A stretch of DNA of 61,201 nucleotides, filler included. It is 4 parts of 4 records of this genome, joined end to end, with 100 filler letters (N's around TTAATTAATTAA, not from the genome) between each part and the next. Parts side by side here need not be neighbours in the genome. Positions count along the whole stretch, not along the records: positions 48,592 to 61,201 come from DRR378314_1389; 3 more parts are not named here. The stretch is one strand, 5' to 3'. Positions within the stretch are counted from its first letter, which is position 1. Every line of letters starts with the position of its first letter. Shown here one piece after another: positions 48,492-59,258 of this stretch. The translations under genes were made by a program, and so were the position numbers. The notes under the pieces are model-generated. The model had not been told where the DNA came from. It did no database searches and saw only the letters and a program-made list of their open reading frames with translations.

Positions 48492-48591
48492 NNNNNNNNN
48501 NNNNNNNNNNNNNNNNNNNNNNNNNNNNNNNNNNNTTAATTAATTAANNNNNNNNNNNNNNNNNNNNNNNNNNNNNNNNNNNNNNNNNNNN
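48492..48591. other. Artificial contig spacer
   Basis: N-run + TTAATTAATTAA + N-run. Confidence 0.99.
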
Positions 48592-49420
48592 CGCCATTCG
48601 TGATGACTTGATTGCCAGCCGTGATGAGACGAAAAACGGCGATATCGCCATTAGTGAAACTCAGTCAGCCGCTCCGATAACGCCCTGGGTGCCTCAGCGA
48701 GAGATAAAAATCCAGGATGTGGTCTTCGACTATCCAGGAACGCGGGCCTTGGCGCTTGATCGGCTCACGCTAACGATCCCCGTCAACCAGATGGTGGGGC
48801 TAGTGGGAACCTCTGGTAGTGGCAAGAGCACTGCGGTGGATTTATTACTCGGCTTGATTGAGCCCCAGCAAGGTCAAGTACTGATTGATGGTGTTCCCCT
48901 AACGCATGGGAATTTACGCCAATGGCAGGCGGGGGTGGGGTTTGTGCCTCAGCAGATATTTTTGTCCGATGCCAGCATTCTCGAAAACGTCGCCTTTGCT
49001 ATCGAGCGCAAGGATATTGATGTTGAGAGAGTTAAGGAATCGCTGCGTATGGCGCAACTGGATGATCTGCTTGATAGATTCCCGGAGGGGCTTGAAACAC
49101 GCATAGGCGAGCGCGGTGTTCAGATATCTGGCGGGCAGCGCCAACGCCTGGGAATCGCGCGTGCCCTATATCAGCAAGCTAGAGTGCTGGTGTTTGACGA
49201 GGCGACGAGTGCGCTGGATGGCATTACCGAGCGCCGTGTAATGGAAGACATCCAGCGATTTTCCGGCCAGATGACCGTCATCATGATTGCCCATCGTCTA
49301 GCGACCGTTAAGGGGTGCGACATCATTTATATGCTTGAGAATGGGCAGGTAATTGATGCTGGCACTTACGACGACTTGGCCAGCCGTAACCATACTTTCC
49401 AGATGATGGCGAATCTCTAG
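48592..49420 (+). CDS. ABC exporter ATP-binding domain (MsbA/PglK-like), 5'-truncated
   Basis: GTSGSGKST, ISGGQRQR, VFDEATSALD, IAHRL. Confidence 0.9.
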
Positions 49421-49458
49421 CCAGGCGTCTCTTCCAAGATAGACAAAAGGGTACCGCC

Positions 49459-50598
49459 ATGAACTTAATCGGCGCACTACTACTATTTTTGGGTCTTTCA
49501 TTAAGTAGCCTTTATTTGTTCCCTAGTGGTGGACCGCAGTTGACTGATGTTGTCTTGATAGGTTTCGTCGGCGTGATGCTGGTGATGTCCCTGGGCGACA
49601 AACATCTGAAAGTTTCCCCTTTTGCCATATGTTGGGGAATGATGGTGCTGTGGGTGTTGATGGTTTGCCTTAGCTGGACGCTGGTCTTAGGAACGACCAG
49701 CTTTTTTAGACCCGTTCTGTTTTTCCTGTTTAATTTTCTCGTGGGCATGGCGTTATTACGTTTTCTTAGCGTATATGGCGAACGTGCCACAGGGATTATC
49801 CGTAATGGCGTAGCAATCGCGCTGCTGATCGCGGGTAGTCAGGTGTTATTGCAGTTAGCCATGGGAGTTAACCGCACAACGGGAAGTTTCAATAACCCTA
49901 ACCAGCTCGCTTATTTCTCATTATGCGGCGTGGTGGTGTTATTGATGCTTGATGATTTTCATCCGCGGATGAGACTCTTGGGATTGGCTGGTCTAGCTTC
50001 CGGCGTGTTGGGGGTTCTCGCTGCGTCATCGCTAGCAGCAATGGGGGGAGGTGTCTTAGTCCTGATCGGCTGGGCCTTGGCGAATGCTCGTCAAATTAAG
50101 CATTTTGCACGTTTGCTACTGTTACTTCCGTTGCTACTGTTGGGTGTTTTGTTCGCCAATATCAGCTCGGATGGACAAGTGTTGCGTAACATAGAGGCGC
50201 GCATGGATAGGGCGCCAAGTAAAATAGATAGCGTCTACGAAGAACGCAAATTTGACCGACTAACGAACTTCCCTGAATACGCCATTTTAGGTGCAGGGGA
50301 GGCTGAACGTCAGCGTTTTGCTCCCTACGATGGGCTTGAAATTCACTCCTCTTTCGTCAACATGCTATTTGCCTATGGGCTGCCAGGACTAGGACTTTTC
50401 CTATTGACGATCGTTATCGCGTTACGACGAGCACCGCTGTATGTCTGGGCGGGCGTGGCCGGACCGTTGATCTATTCCACTACCCATAATGGCCTTCGCG
50501 CGACGCTATTTTGGTTGGTGCTAGTGTTGTGTTGGCACCTTTACCGACAAGGGGCATTAGCCGCTTCGCATCATCGGCTGATGCCTGACGTGCACTGA
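49459..50598 (+). CDS. O-antigen polymerase/ligase-like membrane protein
   Basis: Many TM helices; R..GSFNNPNQL and EIHS motifs of Wzy_C-like proteins. Confidence 0.7.
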   Translation: MNLIGALLLFLGLSLSSLYLFPSGGPQLTDVVLIGFVGVMLVMSLGDKHLKVSPFAICWGMMVLWVLMVCLSWTLVLGTTSFFRPVLFFLFNFLVGMALLRFLSVYGERATGIIRNGVAIALLIAGSQVLLQLAMGVNRTTGSFNNPNQLAYFSLCGVVVLLMLDDFHPRMRLLGLAGLASGVLGVLAASSLAAMGGGVLVLIGWALANARQIKHFARLLLLLPLLLLGVLFANISSDGQVLRNIEARMDRAPSKIDSVYEERKFDRLTNFPEYAILGAGEAERQRFAPYDGLEIHSSFVNMLFAYGLPGLGLFLLTIVIALRRAPLYVWAGVAGPLIYSTTHNGLRATLFWLVLVLCWHLYRQGALAASHHRLMPDVH

Positions 50599-50671
50599 AA
50601 TAACACCATTGCCACTCATGTGGCCAGATAACTCGCACGTAACGCCAGCAAAGAATAATAACGGGGGAATC

Positions 50672-52681
50672 ATGGATAGCTTAATGAAATCGTTGTCGGT
50701 GACACCCCGCTGGATAAAACGCAGAGTCCTTGTCTTGCTGGATGGTGTGATTGTAGCGGGTAGTTTACAGCTGGCAACGGTGATTCACGTGGAAAATTTG
50801 CAGCCACTAAGAGATGGCTCCCTGTGGATGACGATTGGCCTGTTAGTGCCAACAAGTTTGTTGCTTTTCCATTGGCTCGGGCTATATCGAATAGTGATTC
50901 GTTATATGAGCCATGTCACTGTACCGACCGTCGCTATGGTCGTCGTGACGTCAGCGCTATTAGTGGTGCCAGTCAGTTATATGGTTGAACACTCTGTCGG
51001 GCTATCCGTCATCGTCATTTATACGCTCCTCCTATTATTAGGTATTGGTAGCCTGCGTTTTTTTATCCGTGAACTGTATCGCTATAGCCAGCGTCGTCAA
51101 CGCAAGCCAGTAGTGATCTATGGGGCAGGAGCCGCTGGCTGTGAATTGGTCGATGCGCTTCGCCATGGTGGTGAGTATGAGCCGGTGGCTTTCGTAGATG
51201 ACTGGCGCGGGCTAGAAGGTGCCATGGTCGAAGGGCTGAGGGTACACCAACCGGTTGCGTTAGCCGCCTTGGTGCAAGAGCATCAGGCTGCCATGGTGCT
51301 GCTGGCAATTCCTAGCGCTCCGCGTTGGCGACGCCGTGAGATATTACACTGGCTTTCCGGTCTGTCGGTTCCTCTAAAAACAATTCCTGGTAGCGCTGAT
51401 GTGATTGCCGGGAGAGCAAAAATTAGCGAGCTTCATGACGTGGCGCTAGAGGACTTATTGGGGAGAGAGGCTGTACCCGCCTTCCCTGAGTTGCTGCAGG
51501 CCAATATTCGCGATAAGGCGGTTATGGTCACCGGCGCTGGGGGGTCAATTGGCAGTGAGCTATGCCGCCAGATCCTTGCTCAGAATCCCATACGCCTGTT
51601 ACTGGTCGACAACTGCGAATTTGCCCTATACGCCATTGAGCAGGAGTTAAGGCAGGTAATAGAAACTACCCATTCACGTTGTGAATTAAAACCACTGCTT
51701 ATTTCGGTTCAGCATGCGGGTAGCCTCAAAGCAGTATTTGAAAGCTTTCAGGTGCATACCGTCTACCATGCAGCCGCTTACAAGCATGTGCCGATGGTTG
51801 AGTTTAATCTTGTCCAGGGGGTCAGTAACAACGTCTTTGGCACCTTAAACCTGGCTCAGGCGGCAATCACAGCCGGTGTCGAAACCTTCGTGGTAATTTC
51901 CACCGATAAGGCAGTTCGCCCCACCAATGCGATGGGTGCTTCCAAGCGATTGACGGAACTTATTTGCCAAGCTTTCGCTCATGCGCAGTCAAATACACGT
52001 TTTTGCATGGTGCGTTTTGGAAATGTGTTGGGATCAAGTGGCTCTGTTGTACCGTTGTTTAGCAAACAGATTGAGCAGGGCGGCCCTATCAAAGTTACCC
52101 ACCCGGAAATCACCCGTTATTTCATGACAATTCCCGAAGCCGCTCAGTTGGTTATCCAGGCTGGCGCCATGGGCGAAGGTGGCGAGGTATTTGTTCTCGA
52201 CATGGGTGAACCGGTCCGTATTCTGGATTTGGCAATGAATATGGTTAGGCTTTCAGGGCTTGAAGTGAGAGATGCCGAACACCCTGAAGGTGATATTGAG
52301 ATTGTTTATTCCGGTTTGCGCCCAGGAGAAAAGTTATACGAAGAGCTGTTAATCGGCGATGACGTCAGGCGGACTCGTCACGACCGCATAATGACCTCAA
52401 AAGAGCGCTTCTGGGAATGGCCAAGGCTTGAAACCTTTTTAAAAGAATTGGAACAGGCTTTTATCGAGACCGACCATTTGCGTATCCGTCAACTTTTACA
52501 GTTGGCCCCATTAGATTATCACCCCTTAGGCGACATAGCGGACTTAGTATGGGCAGCGCGTCAAGCTTCGCCTCTCGAGCCACAGGGCCAACGCTTAACT
52601 ACGAATCCATTCTTAACGTCTATGAACCGACTCGATCCAGTTCTTAACCAAGCGCTTAATCCCGCCACCAAGGAAAGCTAA
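50672..52681 (+). CDS. Membrane-bound UDP-GlcNAc 4,6-dehydratase (PglF/WbpM/CapD family)
   Basis: N-terminal TMs, GAGAAG, TGAGGSIGSE, HAAAYKHVP, STDKAV, RFGNVLGSSGSV. Confidence 0.92.
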   Translation: MDSLMKSLSVTPRWIKRRVLVLLDGVIVAGSLQLATVIHVENLQPLRDGSLWMTIGLLVPTSLLLFHWLGLYRIVIRYMSHVTVPTVAMVVVTSALLVVPVSYMVEHSVGLSVIVIYTLLLLLGIGSLRFFIRELYRYSQRRQRKPVVIYGAGAAGCELVDALRHGGEYEPVAFVDDWRGLEGAMVEGLRVHQPVALAALVQEHQAAMVLLAIPSAPRWRRREILHWLSGLSVPLKTIPGSADVIAGRAKISELHDVALEDLLGREAVPAFPELLQANIRDKAVMVTGAGGSIGSELCRQILAQNPIRLLLVDNCEFALYAIEQELRQVIETTHSRCELKPLLISVQHAGSLKAVFESFQVHTVYHAAAYKHVPMVEFNLVQGVSNNVFGTLNLAQAAITAGVETFVVISTDKAVRPTNAMGASKRLTELICQAFAHAQSNTRFCMVRFGNVLGSSGSVVPLFSKQIEQGGPIKVTHPEITRYFMTIPEAAQLVIQAGAMGEGGEVFVLDMGEPVRILDLAMNMVRLSGLEVRDAEHPEGDIEIVYSGLRPGEKLYEELLIGDDVRRTRHDRIMTSKERFWEWPRLETFLKELEQAFIETDHLRIRQLLQLAPLDYHPLGDIADLVWAARQASPLEPQGQRLTTNPFLTSMNRLDPVLNQALNPATKES

Positions 52682-52682
52682 A

Positions 52683-53531
52683 ATGCTGATCGACTCATTG
52701 TCTATCAAAGTGTGGATGCTCCGAAAGGTCGAAAGTGCGGGATTACACATTCAGTCGATGAAACATGTTCGGCCAGTGGATGCCCGTAGGCATCTGAGTA
52801 ATCCACTTGAGTTAAATTATCTTTATCCTGGTAGAGAGCTGCTCCTTGAGGCGCCTATGGAGTGGGGGTTTGGCTTGTTCAATCTCAGTGGTCATCGGCG
52901 CTTCCTAAATGATGTGATGCAGGAAGCATTTGATAATCCTGGCAGGGAGCGCGACTTGCTCCGTGACGCCCTGCGTGTTTTCTATGCTGACTGGCAGCCA
53001 GCCAATGCAGCCGAATTTCTGGGAGTTTCTTTTGGTCAAGCGAGTGAACTAGTCGATGCACCACCGTGGCAGGCTTATTCGCCATGGGATGCCCACAATG
53101 CAGTAGAAAAAAGCGTCAAACGCCAGCGAACTGAATTGCGTGAAAATACCCGAATATTAGGCAAACGCCTGGACATTAGTGCGGGTTGGAAGTTCTGTGG
53201 GCCCGTCAGCGAAGATAAGCTTGAAGTTGAGGTTGAGCGTTTGGCTCGGGTACTGGAATCGATTCGCCGTCAGGGGATCTGTCGCCATGACGGCACTGAT
53301 GGAGATATCCGGGCGTGCGTTTTGACCCACTCAGATGGGCGCTGGCGCTGGATGGTACATGGTGGCCAGCATCGTTACGCGGTGATCAGTGCGTTAGGGG
53401 CGCCGCGGGCTATTATTCGGGTGGAGCGTTTTATTCGGCGTGAAGACGTCGCCCTTTGGCCTACAGTGACCTTGGGGCTATTTAGCCAAGAAATAGCCCT
53501 TAAAATATTCGATAACTACTTTGCCGATTAA
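52683..53531 (+). CDS. Hypothetical protein with a ParB/sulfiredoxin-like C-terminal motif
   Basis: LESIRRQG...GDI...VHGGQHRYAV. Confidence 0.55.
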   Translation: MLIDSLSIKVWMLRKVESAGLHIQSMKHVRPVDARRHLSNPLELNYLYPGRELLLEAPMEWGFGLFNLSGHRRFLNDVMQEAFDNPGRERDLLRDALRVFYADWQPANAAEFLGVSFGQASELVDAPPWQAYSPWDAHNAVEKSVKRQRTELRENTRILGKRLDISAGWKFCGPVSEDKLEVEVERLARVLESIRRQGICRHDGTDGDIRACVLTHSDGRWRWMVHGGQHRYAVISALGAPRAIIRVERFIRREDVALWPTVTLGLFSQEIALKIFDNYFAD

Positions 53532-53536
53532 TATAT

Positions 53537-53580
53537 AAAAATACCTTTTTAATAAAGTCGCTCTGATTAAGGTGTTTTTT
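53537..53580 (+). terminator. Possible terminator hairpin
   Basis: AAAAATACCTT...AAGGTGTTTTTT just after the stop; long loop. Confidence 0.4.
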
Positions 53581-53720
53581 ATCTCTTGCATAGTTTTTTC
53601 GTTAATCTCTCTCAGTGGTTTTAATTTAAATTATTTTATAAGTCTTTTGTAAGAGAATTTATAACGTCTCTTGTTAGCTTTTTAGGACACTCCCTTTAGT
53701 TTTGAAGGAGAAAGGCTACG

Positions 53721-54914
53721 ATGAATAAACAATATAATATTGAGGAAAATGAGTGGTTAACTGGCGTTGCCGTTTTTCTAATTAGGGAGCGTGGGCTGGC
53801 ATATTTAGATGTCTTACGTAGCCTGCTTGATCGCTACGGTTTCAATATTTTGTGCGAACTAGCTATTCATGAAGATCAGCGGCAAACGTTGGCAAAGTGG
53901 ATTGATAGTAGTGAACAGGAGCCTGTGGATTGGCCTGGTAATGGCGGCCTGCCAGCTTATTTTTTGGTGGTGCACGATGTGCATCCTGTGATGGAACAAC
54001 CTTCTTCAAGGGAGACTCCTGGACGAACCGATAATGTACGGCTGCTTACTGTAGAAACAGTGCTAACTCAAAAGGTCAACGATGGGCGCAGTGGCCAAGA
54101 ACACGTCAGTCCACTGTATTTGTCTTGTAACACCACTCAGACACTTGAATACCTAAAGAAAATAGTTCCACAGCAAATCGGTAAAATACGTGCGACAGCG
54201 CAGCGCTATAACATTGAGTTTCGCACCCCTTATCCAGTGCTAGCCGACGTGAGTAAGCAGGTATGTCGAGCCAAAGTAGAGCTGGTGGATTTTCACGGCA
54301 CTGAAGCAATTTGCAAAACCTTTCGCCCGGGGCGCGAGCGGTATTTAGAGCGTGAAGTAAAAGCCCGTGAGCTAGGCGCTTCATTACCTGAGGTATCGCG
54401 ATTGCTAGAGGTGGGGCCTCATTACCTGGTGTTTGAGCGCTATTCCAATCGTATGGAGCGTATCCTTTCTCCCCGTGCACCGTTCTCACCACATGGGTTA
54501 CTACCTCTCTGGACAATTGAGCGCGTCAGAGCGGTTATCTTGCATTATCGACGTCTTGGCTACGAGTGTATTGATCTCAATCCGCAAGACCTGATTTATG
54601 ACCCTTGCCAAGGCCTCAAAATTATCGATTTCGAATTTCTTCAGCCTGGCACCGACGAGATAGAAAGTTTGAAGGGCAATTATGCTTGGTATGACGTGCC
54701 CTCACGTTTCAAGGGGGATTTGCCAATTTCGGCTCATCAAGGCTCCTATCATGAGCGCTGGTTCCCCTATACCGGGCTACCCCGAACCCTATGTTTGAAC
54801 AAGCTTCCGCGACCGGTACTTACCATGGTGCGCTCGGCGGCACTAGTGCCTTTAACGTTAGACGGTTTAATGCGAGTGAGTTGGCAACATATTCAGCGCC
54901 TGGTGCGTAACTGA
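53721..54914 (+). CDS. Hypothetical protein with a C-terminal protein-kinase-like domain
   Basis: [34 protein letters not shown]. Confidence 0.6.
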   Translation: MNKQYNIEENEWLTGVAVFLIRERGLAYLDVLRSLLDRYGFNILCELAIHEDQRQTLAKWIDSSEQEPVDWPGNGGLPAYFLVVHDVHPVMEQPSSRETPGRTDNVRLLTVETVLTQKVNDGRSGQEHVSPLYLSCNTTQTLEYLKKIVPQQIGKIRATAQRYNIEFRTPYPVLADVSKQVCRAKVELVDFHGTEAICKTFRPGRERYLEREVKARELGASLPEVSRLLEVGPHYLVFERYSNRMERILSPRAPFSPHGLLPLWTIERVRAVILHYRRLGYECIDLNPQDLIYDPCQGLKIIDFEFLQPGTDEIESLKGNYAWYDVPSRFKGDLPISAHQGSYHERWFPYTGLPRTLCLNKLPRPVLTMVRSAALVPLTLDGLMRVSWQHIQRLVRN

Positions 54915-54967
54915 TCTATTTCCCTTCCTTCCTCTTGCTCACGGTTGTCTCGTCATGGAGTCACTGT

Positions 54968-56050
54968 ATGAAGATTCTAGTAACCGGCCATGCTGGATTC
55001 ATTGGCTTTCACACTGCTAAACGTCTGCTAGAGCGGGGGGATAGTGTTGTCGGGTTTGATAACGTTAATGACTATTACGACCCTGCTATAAAAGAAGCGC
55101 GTCTCAAAATACTTGAACAGACGGCAGCTGAGACAGGAAATAACTACCTCTCAATTCGTGCCAACTTAGCTAACCAGCAAGCGGTGGCAACGTGCTTTGA
55201 AGAGCACTGCTTTGATCGCGTTATTCATCTTGCTGCCCAAGCTGGCGTGCGCTACTCACTGGAAAATCCGCTTAGTTATGTGGAAAGTAACTTAATTGGC
55301 TTTACCAATATATTAGAAGCGTGTCGCTACGCTAAGGTTGCGCACCTGACTTACGCCAGCACCAGCAGCGTTTACGGTGCCAATACGCTAATGCCATTTT
55401 CCGAGCACAAGGGCGCCAATCATCCGTTGCAATTTTATGCGGCCACCAAGAAAGCTAACGAAATGATGGCTCATAGCTATAGTCACCTGTTTGGACTGCC
55501 GACGACTGGCCTACGGTTTTTTACTGTCTATGGGCCGTGGGGTCGCCCAGATATGGCACTTTTTAAATTTACCAAGCACATTCTGGCTGATGAGCCTATT
55601 CAGGTTTTTAATTATGGCCACCATACACGCGACTTTACTTATGTGGATGACATTGTAGAAGGCATTATTCGCGCCAGTGACGACATCGCAACCCCGGCTC
55701 AAGAGTGGAATAGCGATAGCCCCGATCCTGCTACCAGTAATGCACCGTTTCGCCTTTTTAACATAGGTAATAATGATCCGGTAACGATCAGTGTTTATAT
55801 CGAAGCCATTGAAAAGGCGCTAGGTAAAAAAGCCATCAAAGAAATGCTGCCTCTACAGCCGGGAGATGCGCTAGATACGTATGCCGACTCAGGTGAATTA
55901 GAAAGAAGGGTGGGATATAAACCCTCTACACCAATCTTTAAGGGCATTGAAAACTTCATTGCTTGGTATCGCGACTATTACTCATTAAAAAAATATTCAC
56001 CTACTGCCTCCTCTGATGCTGCAAACGAAGTGTCTGGCTTAATTAAGTGA
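54968..56050 (+). CDS. NAD-dependent epimerase (UDP-glucuronate 4-epimerase-like)
   Basis: [40 protein letters not shown]. Confidence 0.92.
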   Translation: MKILVTGHAGFIGFHTAKRLLERGDSVVGFDNVNDYYDPAIKEARLKILEQTAAETGNNYLSIRANLANQQAVATCFEEHCFDRVIHLAAQAGVRYSLENPLSYVESNLIGFTNILEACRYAKVAHLTYASTSSVYGANTLMPFSEHKGANHPLQFYAATKKANEMMAHSYSHLFGLPTTGLRFFTVYGPWGRPDMALFKFTKHILADEPIQVFNYGHHTRDFTYVDDIVEGIIRASDDIATPAQEWNSDSPDPATSNAPFRLFNIGNNDPVTISVYIEAIEKALGKKAIKEMLPLQPGDALDTYADSGELERRVGYKPSTPIFKGIENFIAWYRDYYSLKKYSPTASSDAANEVSGLIK

Positions 56051-56101
56051 TATGAACTCCTTACTTCTCCCTTAGTACACCCAACCCTAGCAGGAACTCC
56101 A

Positions 56102-57484
56102 ATGAACGTTACAGTTTTCGGAACGGGTTATGTTGGCCTGGTTCAAGGTGCAATTTTGTCTGAAGTCGGTCATCACGTTGTTTGCGTAGATGTAGATGCT
56201 CATAAGGTTGAACAGCTTAAGATGGGTATCACGCCTATCTATGAACCTGGTTTGGAGTCGATAGTAAAAGAGAATCACGCTGCTGGAAGGCTCGATTTTA
56301 CTACCGATGCGGTTGCCGCGATTAAACATGGACAGGTTCAATTTGTCGCCGTGGGAACGCCTCCCGATGAAGATGGAAGTGCGGATCTAACCTATGTGCT
56401 CAACGTGGCGACGACTATCGCTGAACACATGGAGCGCGACCAAGTTATCGTTAACAAATCCACTGTGCCAGTAGGTAGCGCCGACAAAGTTCGTGTCGTG
56501 ATGGAAGATGTATTGAAAAGGCGTGGTCGAAGCGATATCAGCTTTGATGTGGTGTCGAATCCTGAGTTTCTAAAGGAAGGTAGTGCCGTCGTAGACTGCC
56601 AAAAGCCAGATCGAATTATTATTGGTACCAGTTGCGATGCAACAATAGAGGTCATGCGAGAATTATATGCGCCTTTCAATCGCAATCACGACAAAGTTAT
56701 CGTGATGGATGTAAAAAGCGCTGAGTTAACAAAGTATGCCGCTAACTGCATGTTAGCAACCAAGATTAGTTTTATGAACGAAATGGCAAACTTAGCCGAG
56801 TTACTGGGAGCCGATATTGAAGCCGTGCGTAAGGGAATTGGTTCGGATCCACGCATTGGCTACCACTTTATTTACCCTGGTGTAGGCTACGGGGGGTCCT
56901 GCTTTCCCAAAGACCTACAGGCGCTTATTCACACTGCAAATAGTATCGACTTTGACGCCAAACTGCTCAAAGCGGTGGAATTACGTAATAAAGAGCAAAA
57001 AACCACGCTTTTCCAGAAAATAAATCAGCACTTCAATGCACAGTTAAAGGGTAAAACCTTTGCTATTTGGGGGCTTTCCTTCAAGCCCAATACAGACGAT
57101 ATGCGTGATGCGCCCAGCCGAGTGCTTATGGAGGCTCTATGGGCGGCAGGTGCAAAGGTGCAGGCTTATGACCCGGAAGCTATGGAAGAAGCGCAGCGAA
57201 TCTATGGAAATCGTGAGCATTTAACCCTTTGTGGAACCAAAGAAGCCGCGTTAAAAAATAGTGATGCGTTAATTATCATTACCGAGTGGCAAAACTTCCG
57301 AGCGCCTGATTTTGAGCTTATCAAAGCTCAGTTATCGGAACCGACTATCTTTGATGGTCGCAATCTTTATGAGCCACACAGAATGGCAGATAAAGGGTTT
57401 AACTACTACTCGGTAGGTAGAGCCAAACCAACGCTGTCAATAACAGCTCCACCTGAGCTGCATGTAGTCACTGCCAGTCATTAA
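56102..57484 (+). CDS. ugd: UDP-glucose 6-dehydrogenase
   Basis: [32 protein letters not shown]. Confidence 0.94.
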   Translation: MNVTVFGTGYVGLVQGAILSEVGHHVVCVDVDAHKVEQLKMGITPIYEPGLESIVKENHAAGRLDFTTDAVAAIKHGQVQFVAVGTPPDEDGSADLTYVLNVATTIAEHMERDQVIVNKSTVPVGSADKVRVVMEDVLKRRGRSDISFDVVSNPEFLKEGSAVVDCQKPDRIIIGTSCDATIEVMRELYAPFNRNHDKVIVMDVKSAELTKYAANCMLATKISFMNEMANLAELLGADIEAVRKGIGSDPRIGYHFIYPGVGYGGSCFPKDLQALIHTANSIDFDAKLLKAVELRNKEQKTTLFQKINQHFNAQLKGKTFAIWGLSFKPNTDDMRDAPSRVLMEALWAAGAKVQAYDPEAMEEAQRIYGNREHLTLCGTKEAALKNSDALIIITEWQNFRAPDFELIKAQLSEPTIFDGRNLYEPHRMADKGFNYYSVGRAKPTLSITAPPELHVVTASH

Positions 57485-57565
57485 AGTCGATATCTAATAT
57501 GGATGTTTTTGGTCATTTAGTTATTGTGGCTGGCTTTATGTTGTATTTTTAAAGGTAGGTGGCTC

Positions 57566-58189
57566 ATGTTAAAGCGCCAAGTTGATATTACTGTTTCAGT
57601 AATAGGGTTAGTGTTGCTATCACCTCTGCTAGTTATTATAGCGCTGCTTATTCGCTATAAGCTAGGTACGCCAGTTCTCTTCCGTCAGTATCGCCCAGGG
57701 CTAAACGGTAAGCCATTTGAAATCGTCAAGTTTCGCTCTATGCGAGATGCCTATGATGAGCAAGGCCGAAAATTATCAGAAAAAGAGCGGCTGACTCCTT
57801 TTGGTCGACGTCTGCGTGCTACCAGTCTGGATGAGCTACCTGAACTATGGAATGTACTGAAAGGAGATATGAGCTTGGTCGGCCCCAGGCCTTTATTAAT
57901 GGAATATTTGCCTTATTACAGCGCCCACCAATTTCGTCGGCATGAAGCTCGCCCCGGTGTGACAGGTTGGGCACAAGTAAATGGTCGTAATGGTATCTCT
58001 TGGGAAAAAAAGTTTGATTACGACATTTGGTATGTAGATAACCAGACACTGCTTTTGGATATCAAAATACTACTATTGACAGTGAAAAAAGTTTTTTTCC
58101 GCGAAGGTATCAGTTACTCGGGTGATGTAGCGATGCCAAACTTTAAAGCATCAAAGGTGAAAAACGACAAAGGTGGACAAAATGGCTAA
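57566..58189 (+). CDS. Initiating phosphoglycosyl transferase (PglC-like)
   Basis: KFRSM, SLDELPELWNV..G.MSLVGPRP, PGVTGWAQVNGRN. Confidence 0.92.
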   Translation: MLKRQVDITVSVIGLVLLSPLLVIIALLIRYKLGTPVLFRQYRPGLNGKPFEIVKFRSMRDAYDEQGRKLSEKERLTPFGRRLRATSLDELPELWNVLKGDMSLVGPRPLLMEYLPYYSAHQFRRHEARPGVTGWAQVNGRNGISWEKKFDYDIWYVDNQTLLLDIKILLLTVKKVFFREGISYSGDVAMPNFKASKVKNDKGGQNG

Positions 58190-59258
58190 AAAAATAAATA
58201 TCCTTGTCACTGGCGTCGGTGGGCCAACGCCACGCAGCTTTGTCAGGTCTGTCCTTGACTCTGGAGCTGATAGTTATCGTTTTATTGGTGTTGATGCTAA
58301 CCCATTAGCGATAGGCCTTTATGATAAATCTTCATATGATCATACCTATTTGGTGCCAGGAGCTGATGATGAACGTTACTGGATAGAAATATCAAAAATA
58401 ATTGATCATCACCAGATTCAATTTGCGGTTGTGTTGCCTGAAGTTGAAGTAGTGGCATGGTCGAAGCGGAAAGACCTTGAAGGTTTGCCTTGTAAAGCAT
58501 TTATTTCTTCAAGCCAGCCGACCGAGGCACTGATCGATAAGAAAAAACTGCATGAAATACTGGCGGATAAGCCTTATATACCCCGTTACTGCACGTTTTC
58601 AAACGGCTTGAAAAGCCTTGATTTGACGCTTGATTATCCTTTTTGGGTACGTGGTACTGTTGGATCAAGTGGGTTGGGTTCTTTAAAAGTCACAAGTGAG
58701 AAAGAACTCGATGAATGGATGCAAATAAATCCTCTCATTGAAGAATTTATCGCATCGGAGTTTTTACCGGGAAGAAACCTTGCGTGTAAGGTTATTTATA
58801 TGGACGGTAAGATTATACGCTCTGCTTGTGCCGAGAGAGTAACTTATATCATGTCTAAGGTTGCGCCTTCTGGAATAACTGGCAACACTGCGTTTGGTCG
58901 TATGATTAATGATATTCAGCTTGTGAATATTGCTGATGATGCGATTAGTTCATTTTTTAATCACTATCAATCGAAAGCGAATGGCATATTTACCGTAGAT
59001 TTCAAAGAGGATGTGCAGGGGAATCCAATGATCACCGAAATAAATGTTAGGTTTGTTGCTTTTATTTCGTCTTTGGCTCAAGCAGGCGCTAATCTCCCTC
59101 TAGACTATCTTGAGATGAATCTTAATCCAGACAACTTCTCACACGTATACAAACATTATGAGTTTCCAAAAGGCACCATATTTTTAAGAGATGTGGATGA
59201 AAAGCCAGTTGTCATGAATGAAAAAGATCTATTAGATATGGATCCCCGCCATGCTTAA
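58182..59258 (+). CDS. ATP-grasp family protein
   Basis: ILVTGVGG, GSSGLG, EFLPG, D...D..G.PMITEINVRF. Confidence 0.8.
   Translation: MAKKINILVTGVGGPTPRSFVRSVLDSGADSYRFIGVDANPLAIGLYDKSSYDHTYLVPGADDERYWIEISKIIDHHQIQFAVVLPEVEVVAWSKRKDLEGLPCKAFISSSQPTEALIDKKKLHEILADKPYIPRYCTFSNGLKSLDLTLDYPFWVRGTVGSSGLGSLKVTSEKELDEWMQINPLIEEFIASEFLPGRNLACKVIYMDGKIIRSACAERVTYIMSKVAPSGITGNTAFGRMINDIQLVNIADDAISSFFNHYQSKANGIFTVDFKEDVQGNPMITEINVRFVAFISSLAQAGANLPLDYLEMNLNPDNFSHVYKHYEFPKGTIFLRDVDEKPVVMNEKDLLDMDPRHA

Noticed and set aside
52683-53531. ParB-like gene as a plasmid or prophage partition locus
   Set aside because: No parA, replication or phage genes; it is tightly coupled to sugar-pathway genes.
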